Below, one piece after another: positions 20,863 to 29,912 of a stretch of 59,196 nt of DNA; positions within the stretch are counted from its first letter, which is position 1; each line of letters begins with the position of its first letter. The DNA is from Micavibrio sp. GTDB taxonomy: Bacteria > Patescibacteriota > Minisyncoccia > Moranbacterales > GCA-2747515. The notes under the pieces are model-generated. The model worked only from the letters and a program-made list of their open reading frames with translations. It was not told the origin of the DNA and did not search any database. Position numbers and translations under genes: made by a program. The stretch covers positions 329,575-388,770 of the forward strand of contig DYDB01000001.1 of NCBI GenBank assembly GCA_020718085.1, read 5' to 3'.

Positions 20863-20889
20863 AAAATATATGATAAATTGCAAAACCCG

Positions 20890-20960
20890 TCGGGGCGCCG
20901 AGAATCGAACTCGGTCTACATGAACCCGAATCATGCGTACTACCGGTATACTACGCCCCG
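20890..20960 (-). tRNA. tRNA-Pro (anticodon CGG), no encoded CCA
   Basis: Hand-folded cloverleaf: acceptor CGGGGCG/CGCCCCG, D arm GTAT-ACCGGTA-GTAC, anticodon arm CATGA-TTCGGGT-TCATG, T arm CCGAG-TTCGATT-CTCGG. Confidence 0.85.
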
Positions 20961-21024
20961 CATTCAAACATTCTCAATTCTAGCAAAAAACAGTTGGATT
21001 GCAAATCTCACATCTCACAAATAA

Positions 21025-22005
21025 TTACATTTGCCACATTTTTTTGGCCTTATTTTTTTTCCAATATCCGGTTGCCGGAGCATGTATCACATAGACCTCT
21101 TTGCCAATATATTTCACAACATCTGCATTGTGGATCGGATTGTATGCCTCATCCAGCAACATCAAAATATCCGGTGCACACCACTTCTTTCCATCATGAT
21201 CTGTAAAGAACATATTCTCATTTTTTACTGTCATGACACCATGTGCGTATATGATCGTCCCACATAAAAAGCCTTTTGAACTCTCCAAGAGAACATTTTC
21301 AACTGTAGTTTTACATAAAATTGTTCCATCAATGATATCAAGCATATTTTGCATGTCCTTGTTCCAAAGTGCCGTGCCTATCTGCATCGATAACGTAAGC
21401 GTGTTTTGAATTGCATATTCTGCAAGATCGTGCGCAGAAATGCCATAACCTACAAGAAGTCCGCTGGATCCATTATATGCAAAAAATTCACGAGAGATCT
21501 TTTCTATTTCTTTCGCAGGAAAAACACCCTCTAAAAAAATGCTCTTTCCATTCAATGCCATCAGAAGAACGGGTGTGATGGATAAATTACATACGGTAAA
21601 GACATCCAGTTGAATTTCAGGAGCAGCGCGTCCACCTACAAGATCAGCATCAATAACCGGCACATGTGTATACCGTGAAACCAAAAAGGCCAATCCTTCT
21701 GCACCAATTTCTCCGGGAATGATGCCTTTGATATCGTAACCGGTCATTTTTTTATATTTATCAAAAGCAGTAATTGCAACATCTGCAAAATTTTCTGGAA
21801 TGATAGATGGATCTCCGATGCCATATGCTGACACAACAATATCATCGGTCTTCAGATCTTTTAGAGAGATCGCCTCTACATGATCCTTTCCAGCCAAAAC
21901 ACGGTGAAATATTTTTTTATGTAACGCAAAAGGCAAACCTCCGCCTGTTGCTAAAAATTGACTTCCTTTAAGATATGCTGTGAGATCTTTCTTTGTAATA
22001 TTCAT
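21025..22005 (-). CDS. DUF917 family protein
   Basis: 326 aa. The N-terminus LKGSQFLATGGGLPF and IVVSAYGIGDPS resemble the DUF917 signature (GTGGGG...MGAP). Confidence 0.6.
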   Translation of the reverse strand: MNITKKDLTAYLKGSQFLATGGGLPFALHKKIFHRVLAGKDHVEAISLKDLKTDDIVVSAYGIGDPSIIPENFADVAITAFDKYKKMTGYDIKGIIPGEIGAEGLAFLVSRYTHVPVIDADLVGGRAAPEIQLDVFTVCNLSITPVLLMALNGKSIFLEGVFPAKEIEKISREFFAYNGSSGLLVGYGISAHDLAEYAIQNTLTLSMQIGTALWNKDMQNMLDIIDGTILCKTTVENVLLESSKGFLCGTIIYAHGVMTVKNENMFFTDHDGKKWCAPDILMLLDEAYNPIHNADVVKYIGKEVYVIHAPATGYWKKNKAKKMWQM

Positions 22006-22086
22006 TGATTTAAATTATCATTTATGTATTATACTCCCATCTGCACGTTTTATGCAGATGGGAGCATGTTTGGATTATGATTTTCT

Positions 22087-22878
22087 CTAGACTGGAGCGA
22101 CTACTACATACGCATCAGTCTCAAGCTTCTTCTTGTCAAAAATTGCGTATGGATGAGGAATATCAAGTACGCAGTATTTTACAGGTACGCAATATCCGTA
22201 GACCTTTTCTACTTCAAGCGCAATTTTGATCTCCACGAGATCTTCAATTGCATAGATGCTTCCCTTTTGCGCACCAAAGATCTCAGGATGTACGTATGGT
22301 AAACAATATGATTCTTCAGGGTTTTTAGCACCACATTTCATCGGCTCAATGAAATGATAGTTCTTAAAACCGATTTTCATCATCGCCTGAATAAAATATT
22401 GTTTAACTTTTAACACAAACTCATCCAAAATGTCACATGCGCCGGGAATGCTCTTTTGCATCAACGTAGCAAGTTCATTGATGTACTGCTTGTACTCTTC
22501 TGTGGGAATATGGAAAAGCACCATACGAGGATTAGTCTGCACAACCGTATCCACCACAAAATCGATCAGCTTTGTGTGATATGCAGTGAGATTTATCGGG
22601 AAAAAGACCTTTTCCACTTCACCACCTTGCTTGATACGACTTTCCACACGAGCCCGTTCCAAAGGCAAAGCAACAGAACGTATGGCGCCTGACGCAAACT
22701 TTACACACCAATCAGCGCCAAACAAACATACACCGGAAATTGCCGTGTCATGTTCTTGCGAAATAACACCCTTCATACCCTCAAAGAGAACATTTTTGTC
22801 GCTTTTCACAATCGGTAATGCGATCTTTCCTGTTTCTGCAACACCATCTTCAATGCCCCATGAAAAATATTTACTCAT
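22087..22878 (-). CDS. hypothetical protein
   Basis: 263-aa ORF co-directional with and upstream of the DUF917 gene. No recognisable motif. Confidence 0.55.
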   Translation of the reverse strand: MSKYFSWGIEDGVAETGKIALPIVKSDKNVLFEGMKGVISQEHDTAISGVCLFGADWCVKFASGAIRSVALPLERARVESRIKQGGEVEKVFFPINLTAYHTKLIDFVVDTVVQTNPRMVLFHIPTEEYKQYINELATLMQKSIPGACDILDEFVLKVKQYFIQAMMKIGFKNYHFIEPMKCGAKNPEESYCLPYVHPEIFGAQKGSIYAIEDLVEIKIALEVEKVYGYCVPVKYCVLDIPHPYAIFDKKKLETDAYVVVAPV

Positions 22879-23065
22879 TGTTGTCTCCTTCTTGTTTTTT
22901 GGATTTTATCTTTTTGCAAATATGACAAAAGAACTCATAACATTCGTAACAAAGGTACATGAAAAAAACTCCGCAAAAGAAAAACATTGAGATCATCAAA
23001 CCTTTTTCCAAAATGATGAGATCGGAATGGATTCCCACACATGTGATCGGTACGGACAGCATCAT
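22871..23065 (-). CDS. small Cys-rich membrane protein (64 aa)
   Basis: One or two hydrophobic helices, then CYECYEFFCHIC. Overlaps the next gene by 8 nt, consistent with translational coupling. Confidence 0.4.
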   Translation of the reverse strand: MMLSVPITCVGIHSDLIILEKGLMISMFFFCGVFFMYLCYECYEFFCHICKKIKSKKQEGDNNE

Positions 23066-23139
23066 ACGTTACCTCCTTTTATAATTTTTGATTCATAATC
23101 CTTTTAAAGAACTCCCTTCTTATATTTTTTGACACGCAC

Positions 23140-23161
23140 AAAAAAACCCTTTCGAGAAGGG
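23140..23161 (-). terminator. short leader terminator upstream of the DUF917 operon
   Basis: Minus strand ccctt-ctcga-aaggg followed by ttttttt. The stem is only 5 bp. Confidence 0.4.
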
Positions 23162-23199
23162 ATTGAATATACGTATCTTTGTTGTAAGTAATTTATCTA

Positions 23200-23280
23200 T
23201 CAAACAAAAGCATAACCAATCTCTTCCCAAAAGAGCTGGCCATGGCGTCGATTATTTTGTTGTAGATTAAAATTTTGCAT
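23200..23280 (-). CDS. possible 26-aa leader micro-ORF
   Basis: Product MQNFNLQQNNRRHGQLFWEEIGYAFV. It lies between a minus-strand promoter and the leader terminator. No SD is visible. Confidence 0.2.
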   Translation of the reverse strand: MQNFNLQQNNRRHGQLFWEEIGYAFV

Positions 23281-23299
23281 AAAATTGATTTGTGACTTC

Positions 23300-23327
23300 T
23301 TTATAGCACGCCCTAAAAATTTGTCAA
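23300..23327 (-). promoter_or_regulatory. sigma70-type promoter (minus strand)
   Basis: TTGACA, 16-nt spacer, TATAAA on the minus strand. Confidence 0.5.
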
Positions 23328-23384
23328 ATTAATAAGGCAGTAGATATCTACCTTTTTTCAATATTTAAAAACTTTGCTCGAGAA

Positions 23385-23413
23385 TTGACAAATATCCTCA
23401 TCAGTCCTATTAT
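23385..23413 (+). promoter_or_regulatory. sigma70-type promoter for 23476..23874
   Basis: TTGACA, 17-nt spacer, TATTAT. The SD AAAGGAGGA lies 5 nt before the ATG. Confidence 0.7.
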
Positions 23414-23475
23414 GCATCTGTTCTTTTATCTGGATTAGCATTCTCTTAAAAAAATATTTCCAAAGGAGGAATGTC

Positions 23476-23874
23476 ATGAATATAAAACTGAAAAGGAAGC
23501 ATGCGCTCTATTGCGGACATAGAAAGAAACTCCCCATGGAAGAATTCCTGAGGATGTCCAAAGAATATGACGAGCTCTATAATGAGGCTGATCACATCCT
23601 GAAGAAATTCAATCCTTGCCATATTGAAAATGGTCGATGTCTTTCTGGACTTCCCTGTTGCGAAGATTGTGAGTTTCTTTCGAGGAAAAATGGCTGCAAA
23701 GAAAAATCTTTGGCCTGCAAACTGTGGTTATGCGAAGAAGCCAAGGCAATGTTTCCGGAATGCGCTTCCTTGCTAGACAAGCTGAAAAAGGTTGCAAGAA
23801 ATATTCCGCATATTCCACTAGGAGAAAGATCCATCAAAGAAGACATCCTATTCCGTTTTGATGTAGTAGGATAA
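23476..23874 (+). CDS. hypothetical Cys-rich protein (monocistronic)
   Basis: 132 aa with 11 Cys overall, 10 of them in a 65-residue stretch (PCHIENGRCLSGLPCCEDCEF...GCKEKSLACKLWLCEE...PEC). Strong SD, promoter and terminator. Confidence 0.65.
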   Translation: MNIKLKRKHALYCGHRKKLPMEEFLRMSKEYDELYNEADHILKKFNPCHIENGRCLSGLPCCEDCEFLSRKNGCKEKSLACKLWLCEEAKAMFPECASLLDKLKKVARNIPHIPLGERSIKEDILFRFDVVG

Positions 23875-23906
23875 AGACACCATCTAATAATACATGGTGT
23901 CTTTTT
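23874..23906. terminator. terminator between convergent genes
   Basis: aagacaccat-ctaataatac-atggtgtctt followed by ttt. Confidence 0.8.
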
Positions 23907-23924
23907 CATCTGATAATATGAGCA

Positions 23925-24350
23925 TTATTTGGCAGTTCTCGGCCCTTGCCCATTTTGTGGACCACCACCCTGTCCATGCTCCGGCATACATGCCAGTGTC
24001 TCTGTATCACCAGGCGTTGATTGGCATGTTCCCGTCATTTTTTTGGTAGAGTCTTCTGAATCAGTCGTTTCCATTGTGCATGTATCATCAACTTCTTTAT
24101 CTGTACATGCAGTAATCGCTTCTTCCGGCATTGCAGGTCGTTCGCCACCATTATCTTTTTTGTTTCCTGCAACTTCTGACTGCTGTGCTACATTCTCCTG
24201 TCCGCTTTTTTCGATATTTTGTACTTGTGCTTTCGATTGCTCTTGCACCTGCTCTTGTTTTTGTTCATTTTTTGCACATCCTGTCAAAAAGATCATCGCA
24301 CATACAACCGTCATCAATGATAGATCAATGATCAATCGTTTTTTTTGCAT
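23925..24350 (-). CDS. low-complexity lipoprotein
   Basis: Lipobox FLTGC, a Gln/Glu-rich linker and a C-terminal Cys-containing segment. Confidence 0.6.
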   Translation of the reverse strand: MQKKRLIIDLSLMTVVCAMIFLTGCAKNEQKQEQVQEQSKAQVQNIEKSGQENVAQQSEVAGNKKDNGGERPAMPEEAITACTDKEVDDTCTMETTDSEDSTKKMTGTCQSTPGDTETLACMPEHGQGGGPQNGQGPRTAK

Positions 24351-24450
24351 GATATATTTTTACATATTATATTCAGTAAATCCAACACGCGCAGATTGGT
24401 ATACTGTTCACAAAAGATATACGCTCATCTCACAAAAAGTTTGCGTATCA

Positions 24451-25284
24451 TTACTCGGTTGGCGGCATTACACTATCTTGCGGTGGAAGTGGCATGATCT
24501 TTTCATTTGTGATCGCATCGCGTCTTTTGGATCTCTCATCATGAAAATCTCCCTCCATATTTTTTTCTTCCTCAAATGAGCGTGGCATGCGTTCTGGTAA
24601 AGGCCTGATAAATTTTGCATAGAAAATATTATCACCGGATAATTCTCCCACCACTTCGATCATTGCGTCTTCACTAATTGTATATGGGAGATCAATTTGT
24701 GTTTGATCGTCAAACATGATCGTCCATTGATCTCCATTTGGATGCTCAATGATCAAACGATCCTCCATCACTTCCGCAACGCGTCCGCCAAGCATGCCGT
24801 GATCAGGCTGTCCCAAACGACCCTCCGCAGGAAAAACCATATTGCGTGGCACACCGCCATTGGCAATGCCCTTGCCAATATGATCATTGACTTTTGACAT
24901 ATGCACAACTGCACCAAAAAGCGTGATCACCAAAACACTGATACTACTGACAAAAAGCATGCTATATCGATACCCGCGACGAGTTTTGCGAAATGTAAAA
25001 AAACCAGAAACCACAGCTGTAAGCGCAAGAAAAAACCATAAATACGGCGCAGTTACAAAAAGTACGCGCATGTATCGCCCAATGCCAAGATGATGAAAAA
25101 ATTCTGGACGCACATCCAAAACATTCAGGATCATGAGTGAAAAACTAATTGCGCCAAGGATCATAATGCATCCCCACACAAACCAAAAGACGTAGCTTTT
25201 CCATCTGATCTGAAAGATCGTCTTTGGTGTGATGTGATCTTTCTTGATCGTCTCCATGATATTTTTTATAGAATCTTTTTGCAT
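24451..25284 (-). CDS. membrane protein, possible anti-sigma factor (by position only)
   Basis: 277 aa with about 4 TM plus a soluble C-terminal domain. The start lies 15 nt after the ECF sigma stop. Confidence 0.4.
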   Translation of the reverse strand: MQKDSIKNIMETIKKDHITPKTIFQIRWKSYVFWFVWGCIMILGAISFSLMILNVLDVRPEFFHHLGIGRYMRVLFVTAPYLWFFLALTAVVSGFFTFRKTRRGYRYSMLFVSSISVLVITLFGAVVHMSKVNDHIGKGIANGGVPRNMVFPAEGRLGQPDHGMLGGRVAEVMEDRLIIEHPNGDQWTIMFDDQTQIDLPYTISEDAMIEVVGELSGDNIFYAKFIRPLPERMPRSFEEEKNMEGDFHDERSKRRDAITNEKIMPLPPQDSVMPPTE

Positions 25285-25299
25285 AAAAGTTTGTTAGTT

Positions 25300-25869
25300 T
25301 TAAATAATGTCATATTTATGTGCCTCCTCAAGAAGCATTTTCCGTCCACGATTGATAAGTGATGCCACGGTACCTTTTGGGATCTGCATAATATCCATAA
25401 TTTCGTTATAATCTTTTTCTTCCAAAAAGCGCAATGTGAGAATTTCGCGATACTTAAATGGTAATCCTTCGATTGCTTTTTGCAGATTGGTCATTGACTC
25501 CTTGGCGTGGACTTCTTTTTCCACATCCATGCTGGATCGCAACACGGTCATCATTTCTTCAGTATCCAACTGCATTGCCTGTGGACGCGCTTTCTTCTTG
25601 CGAATCTCATCGATAACCGTATTTCGCGTAATTTGATAGATCCATGTGGAAAAAGCGAATGAATCATCGTAATCATTGAGAAAACGGTACACTTTGATAA
25701 AAACTTCCTGCATCACATCCTCAATATCTTCCTGAGAAAAATATGTGAGACGTCGCGTATAACAAAACAGCCGATGCCAATATCGATCCATGATCAGCCC
25801 GAATGCATCGGGATTTGCCTTGGCTGATTCTACCAACTCTTTGTCAGTGCTCTCATTGCTATTTGTCAT
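25300..25869 (-). CDS. RNA polymerase ECF-type sigma-70 factor
   Basis: Region 2 (DIEDVMQEVFIKVYRFLNDYDDSFAFSTWIYQITRNTVIDEIRK) and region 4 (YREILTLRFLEEKDYNEIMDIMQIPKGTVASLINRGRKML). The ATG at 25869 is preferred over the TTG at 25908. Confidence 0.9.
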   Translation of the reverse strand: MTNSNESTDKELVESAKANPDAFGLIMDRYWHRLFCYTRRLTYFSQEDIEDVMQEVFIKVYRFLNDYDDSFAFSTWIYQITRNTVIDEIRKKKARPQAMQLDTEEMMTVLRSSMDVEKEVHAKESMTNLQKAIEGLPFKYREILTLRFLEEKDYNEIMDIMQIPKGTVASLINRGRKMLLEEAHKYDII

Positions 25870-25971
25870 ACTGCTATTATATACGCAAAATGGGAAAAAT
25901 GTTTGCAAATTAAAGAGGCTTCGATCAATGTTGATTGAAGCCTCTCTTGTTCTACTAAAATACCTTACAGC

Positions 25972-27966
25972 TTATTCTCGCAAAAGTCGGTCGATACCGA
26001 CTGCCTGCATAAGCTTATTAATTCCTCCGCCACCTATTCCAGGTGCGATGTGATGGACAAGATCAAAATTAAAGCATGCTGTACCCAAAGACTCCTTGGC
26101 GAATTTAGCCAATTCTGTGATTTGCGTACTAAATATCACACTGCACCCAGAACTTGAAAGTTTCTTGAGCAAGAGCTTGCCAACTTCATATCCATCCACC
26201 TCCTGCGTACCTGTGCCGATCTCATCGAGAATCAAAAGAGTTTTATGCGGGTGTGCGTCACTTTGCAATGCCTCCAATAATTTTTTTGATTTCTGCAACA
26301 ACAACTCGCAGGTCGATCCCGAGCCACGCTCCAGAAAGACCATGCCAATTTGTTTTTTGATGTTCAAGCTCATGCCCGTACCAAAAATTGGAAAACCCGA
26401 CTGCGCCAAAAAAACTGCATCGATAATCGCTTCTTCAGCGGTTGATTTACCACCGGCATTTTGACCTGTAAATGCAATGATTTGACCATTGATGTTTGGC
26501 AAGCTCATAAGCGGCACGATCTTTTCGGCAGCGACACCATGAGACATGAGTCTGATCGGGACAAGGGACGCAAATGACACGAGATGCTGATCATCTGGTA
26601 AAAATATCGGAAACTCCATCGTAAGATTTGCATTATGAGATGTTTTCGTAAATGCTTGAGACAAGCTTATGACATGTTGTAACATTTTCACATGCGTGAT
26701 AAAAAAATCCCGATACGCTTTGACTGTATTGAATGTTTCTATCACATCAGGTAATTTGTACAACTCCTGAATATGATACCATTTAAACTTCAGATCCACA
26801 GCATCCGCAGATATTTTTTGCCACTCCGCAAACTCGCCATTTTCATGCATAAACTGGGCAATTTGCGCAGCAACCAACCTATGTTGCATGCGAATCATCT
26901 CAATATTGCATTGAACATTTGCTTTTTGTGCTTTTTTGATCTCCCATCTGCTATAGCCCGGAAAATCATCATTCACATAATCATGCCCTCGCCTTCTGCC
27001 TTTTTGCAATTCACTGATCTCCTCTTCTTGTGAGGACACAAGTGGCACACTCACATCCAACAGTTTGATTTGCAAACCGCCTCCATCGTAACGAATTGCA
27101 AATGAGAGCAGTGCATCTTTTGCTCGCGACGCATAAGACCGTTCGCAGATATTACCCATATTGTGGGTTTCACAAAAAATTGACAAGCGTTTCAATACCG
27201 CTTCCTGTACTTCTTTGGGGGCTTCGCCGGACAACAGCTGTGTTGAGTTGTAATACCTACGACTGTATGCATTGATGCGGTCCACCATCCATTGCGCGAC
27301 CGTGCGTCCACCGACAATTTTCATGAAAGTATTTTTGAATATTCGTGGAACTTTCTTCTCGACAAAGCACGCTTCGCCATAGGAAAACTTCCGATATCCA
27401 AAGATGTGAGAATGCGTAACCTTTGATTCTCTGCGATATGAACTGAGATCGACATGTACAGTTATGACACCTTCCATAGACGCTGCCAACTGCACCTGAT
27501 CCTCTACCAGGCGCACAAGCGATTCTTCATGCTCGCGAATTTTTGATTCGCTTTCCAACATAAAATCGACAAACGCTTTGACCTCAGAAGGAACGTGATC
27601 TTTGGCGCACAGAGCCTGTACACGATGGATCAATTCCACGAACAAATTCTCCTTTCGATCCGGCTGATAGTGCCACAGAAAAGATCTGTTATCCATCGGC
27701 AATTTTGCATTCTCCATCGGCAGACAACAGAGCTTTTCCCCCATTGTCGGATTGTCGATAAAAAATCTCATGATCTCTTGACGTTTACGAATCTCGCTCT
27801 CATCAGTGACACCAAAACTGTCCACGAGAGGAGAACGATCAATACCCAATACTTTAAGCAGAGCTGATTTTCTAAAATCTCCTTCGTTGATAAAATTGAT
27901 CTTCTGCAAATTTTTCGTTTGCCAAAAACAAATCCCCGGGAAAGCTACATCACTTTTCGCTTGCAT
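25972..27966 (-). CDS. MutS-domain-V-like ABC ATPase with unassigned N-terminal 430 aa
   Basis: 664 aa. Walker A FTGQNAGGKSTAEEA and Walker B/signature LLILDEIGTGTQEVDG, as in the MutS ATPase domain. I recognised no mismatch-binding or clamp motifs. Confidence 0.7.
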   Translation of the reverse strand: MQAKSDVAFPGICFWQTKNLQKINFINEGDFRKSALLKVLGIDRSPLVDSFGVTDESEIRKRQEIMRFFIDNPTMGEKLCCLPMENAKLPMDNRSFLWHYQPDRKENLFVELIHRVQALCAKDHVPSEVKAFVDFMLESESKIREHEESLVRLVEDQVQLAASMEGVITVHVDLSSYRRESKVTHSHIFGYRKFSYGEACFVEKKVPRIFKNTFMKIVGGRTVAQWMVDRINAYSRRYYNSTQLLSGEAPKEVQEAVLKRLSIFCETHNMGNICERSYASRAKDALLSFAIRYDGGGLQIKLLDVSVPLVSSQEEEISELQKGRRRGHDYVNDDFPGYSRWEIKKAQKANVQCNIEMIRMQHRLVAAQIAQFMHENGEFAEWQKISADAVDLKFKWYHIQELYKLPDVIETFNTVKAYRDFFITHVKMLQHVISLSQAFTKTSHNANLTMEFPIFLPDDQHLVSFASLVPIRLMSHGVAAEKIVPLMSLPNINGQIIAFTGQNAGGKSTAEEAIIDAVFLAQSGFPIFGTGMSLNIKKQIGMVFLERGSGSTCELLLQKSKKLLEALQSDAHPHKTLLILDEIGTGTQEVDGYEVGKLLLKKLSSSGCSVIFSTQITELAKFAKESLGTACFNFDLVHHIAPGIGGGGINKLMQAVGIDRLLRE

Positions 27967-28174
27967 AATTTTCTCCTTGCGGTGAATGAAAAGATAGCTA
28001 TTAATTGATCATTTGACTAAGATTGTTAAAGACCAAAGTTATATGACCACTGGTGATACAACCACTTTTTATATCATAAAATCACCAATAAGTCAATGTT
28101 TCTTTGGTGTAGATATTATCCACACTCAACCGTAAAATGTTTGCAAATAATGCACGTACACTTATAAAAATGAT

Positions 28175-28211
28175 AAACGGCAGGTATTTTTATTAAAAAC
28201 ACCTGCCGTTT
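28175..28211 (-). terminator. terminator downstream of the LysA-like gene
   Basis: aaacggcaggt/acctgccgttt hairpin. Confidence 0.65.
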
Positions 28212-28232
28212 CTGTATTGTGAGGACTTCCGG

Positions 28233-29501
28233 TCATACTGACAAAATATTTGGTTCAAATTGCAATGTGCGAAAAAGATCTTCCGCTGTCTCTGCCCGAC
28301 GGATGAGTTCCACCGAGCCATCCTCGCGAAGCAACAGCTCCTGCGGTCGCACACGTCCATTGTAATTAAAACCCATGGCATATCCGTGTGCACCGGCATC
28401 ATGAATGAGCAAAATATCTCCCTCACGTATCACTGGTAATTTGCGCTGAATCGCAAATTTGTCGTTGTTCTCACAAAGCGATCCCACGACATCCACTACT
28501 GCACTCCTGCGTCCACGACTACCATGTACCGTAATGTGGTGATATGCGTTATATATCGCCGGTCGCATGAGCGCCGACATGCATGCATCAACTCCGCGGT
28601 ATTCACGATAACCATGCTTCTGATTGATGCACTTTGTCACCAATACCCCGTGTGGACCGGTTACATAGCGTCCGTTTTCCATATACAATTTTGGTATGTA
28701 TCCCGCATATTCGGTAAAACGAATGATCTCCTGTGTAACCTTTTGTCCCAACGTAAACAGGTCAACCGATGCATCACGCGGATGATACGGTATACCAAGT
28801 CCGCCACCCATATTGATGAACTCAAGATCAATGTCCAGATCACGATGTAATGCTTCCGCGATCTTCAGGAGCATCTTCACTGTTGCAACATGATAATGCA
28901 CATTGCGTTCATTGCTCGCCAGCATGGTGTGCAATCCGAAGCGCGTTGCGCCCTTGCGTCGCGCTTTCTCATATGCAACTAAAATTTGCTCGTGTTTCAC
29001 ACCATACTTGGCTTCCAGAGGATTACCAATGATCATGTTACCCGTTCGCCGATCCCCGGGATTGTACCGGAAACAGATGAGATCCGGAAAATTTCCAGGC
29101 ACCTTGTCGATAAGGGTAATATCATCCAGATTGAGGATACATCCACCATATGCCATCGCCTCCACAAACTCTTCATGAGATGTGTTGTTGGATGTGAACA
29201 TGATCTGCTCTGGTCGTGCCCCGATCTGTCTGGCTAATTGCAACTCAGGAATCGAGCTGCAATCAAAACCGAGAAGCTCTTGAGTCGTAGAGAGAATGAT
29301 CTCCATAATTCGTGGATTTGGACATGCCTTAACAGCAAAAAACTCACGAAATCCGGGACAAAAAGGAAATGTGCCAATCAATGACAAACATGCTGAACGA
29401 ATACCCACTTCATCATAAATGTGAAACGGCGTACCAAAGTGTGCAACAATTTCTGAGAGCTGTGGCAAAAAACGTTTTGCAAACTTTTTTGGCATTGGCA
29501 T
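28233..29501 (-). CDS. PLP-dependent decarboxylase, diaminopimelate decarboxylase family
   Basis: FAVKACPNP (PLP Lys), GGGLGIPY, CENNDKF, and HDAGAHGYAMGFNYNGRVRPQELL. The start is set at the second ATG because GGAGG abuts the first ATG at 29510. Confidence 0.8.
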   Translation of the reverse strand: MPMPKKFAKRFLPQLSEIVAHFGTPFHIYDEVGIRSACLSLIGTFPFCPGFREFFAVKACPNPRIMEIILSTTQELLGFDCSSIPELQLARQIGARPEQIMFTSNNTSHEEFVEAMAYGGCILNLDDITLIDKVPGNFPDLICFRYNPGDRRTGNMIIGNPLEAKYGVKHEQILVAYEKARRKGATRFGLHTMLASNERNVHYHVATVKMLLKIAEALHRDLDIDLEFINMGGGLGIPYHPRDASVDLFTLGQKVTQEIIRFTEYAGYIPKLYMENGRYVTGPHGVLVTKCINQKHGYREYRGVDACMSALMRPAIYNAYHHITVHGSRGRRSAVVDVVGSLCENNDKFAIQRKLPVIREGDILLIHDAGAHGYAMGFNYNGRVRPQELLLREDGSVELIRRAETAEDLFRTLQFEPNILSV

Positions 29502-29608
29502 AGCCTTCATCCTCCCTTGTTCTAAATAGTTTTATTTTAAATAACAAAAAAACGCACCATAGCGAATTTGTGCCAATTAAAACACGTTTATTTCTTACTG
29601 TAAAGCAT

Positions 29609-29908
29609 CTACATCACATCGCTCAATAAAAGATAGACCACATACAGAAGTGCGGAATTTTGTACGATCAGCAAAGGTATGCCAATGATAAAATACCATT
29701 TCCGCGTCTTATGCCGTAGAAAGAACATGCCAAAGTATACACCTACACTGCCAAAGACCGTGGCCATGAAAAATAACATGCCTTCGGAAATGCGTTCTGC
29801 ACCACGCTTGCGTGATCGACTCTTATCCCATGACATGAGCAAAAATGCCAATACATTCATGACAACAAAAAAACCGATGATCCATAATTTTCTCTCTGTT
29901 TCCATCAT
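29609..29908 (-). CDS. DUF1294 membrane protein
   Basis: WDKSRSRKRGAERISEGMLFFMATVFGSVGVYFGMFFLRHKTRKWYF matches the DUF1294 pattern. Confidence 0.75.
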   Translation of the reverse strand: MMETERKLWIIGFFVVMNVLAFLLMSWDKSRSRKRGAERISEGMLFFMATVFGSVGVYFGMFFLRHKTRKWYFIIGIPLLIVQNSALLYVVYLLLSDVM

Positions 29909-29912
29909 TTCT

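Noticed and set aside
23929-24579. 216-aa plus-strand ORF, together with similar long antisense ORFs at 8358-9035 (+), 17926-18537 (-) and 52552-53127 (-)
   Set aside because: Each lies opposite a gene with strong family motifs or signal-peptide/lipobox logic. Their compositions are Ser/Cys/Arg-rich and they lack ribosome-binding sites. I treat them as shadow ORFs.
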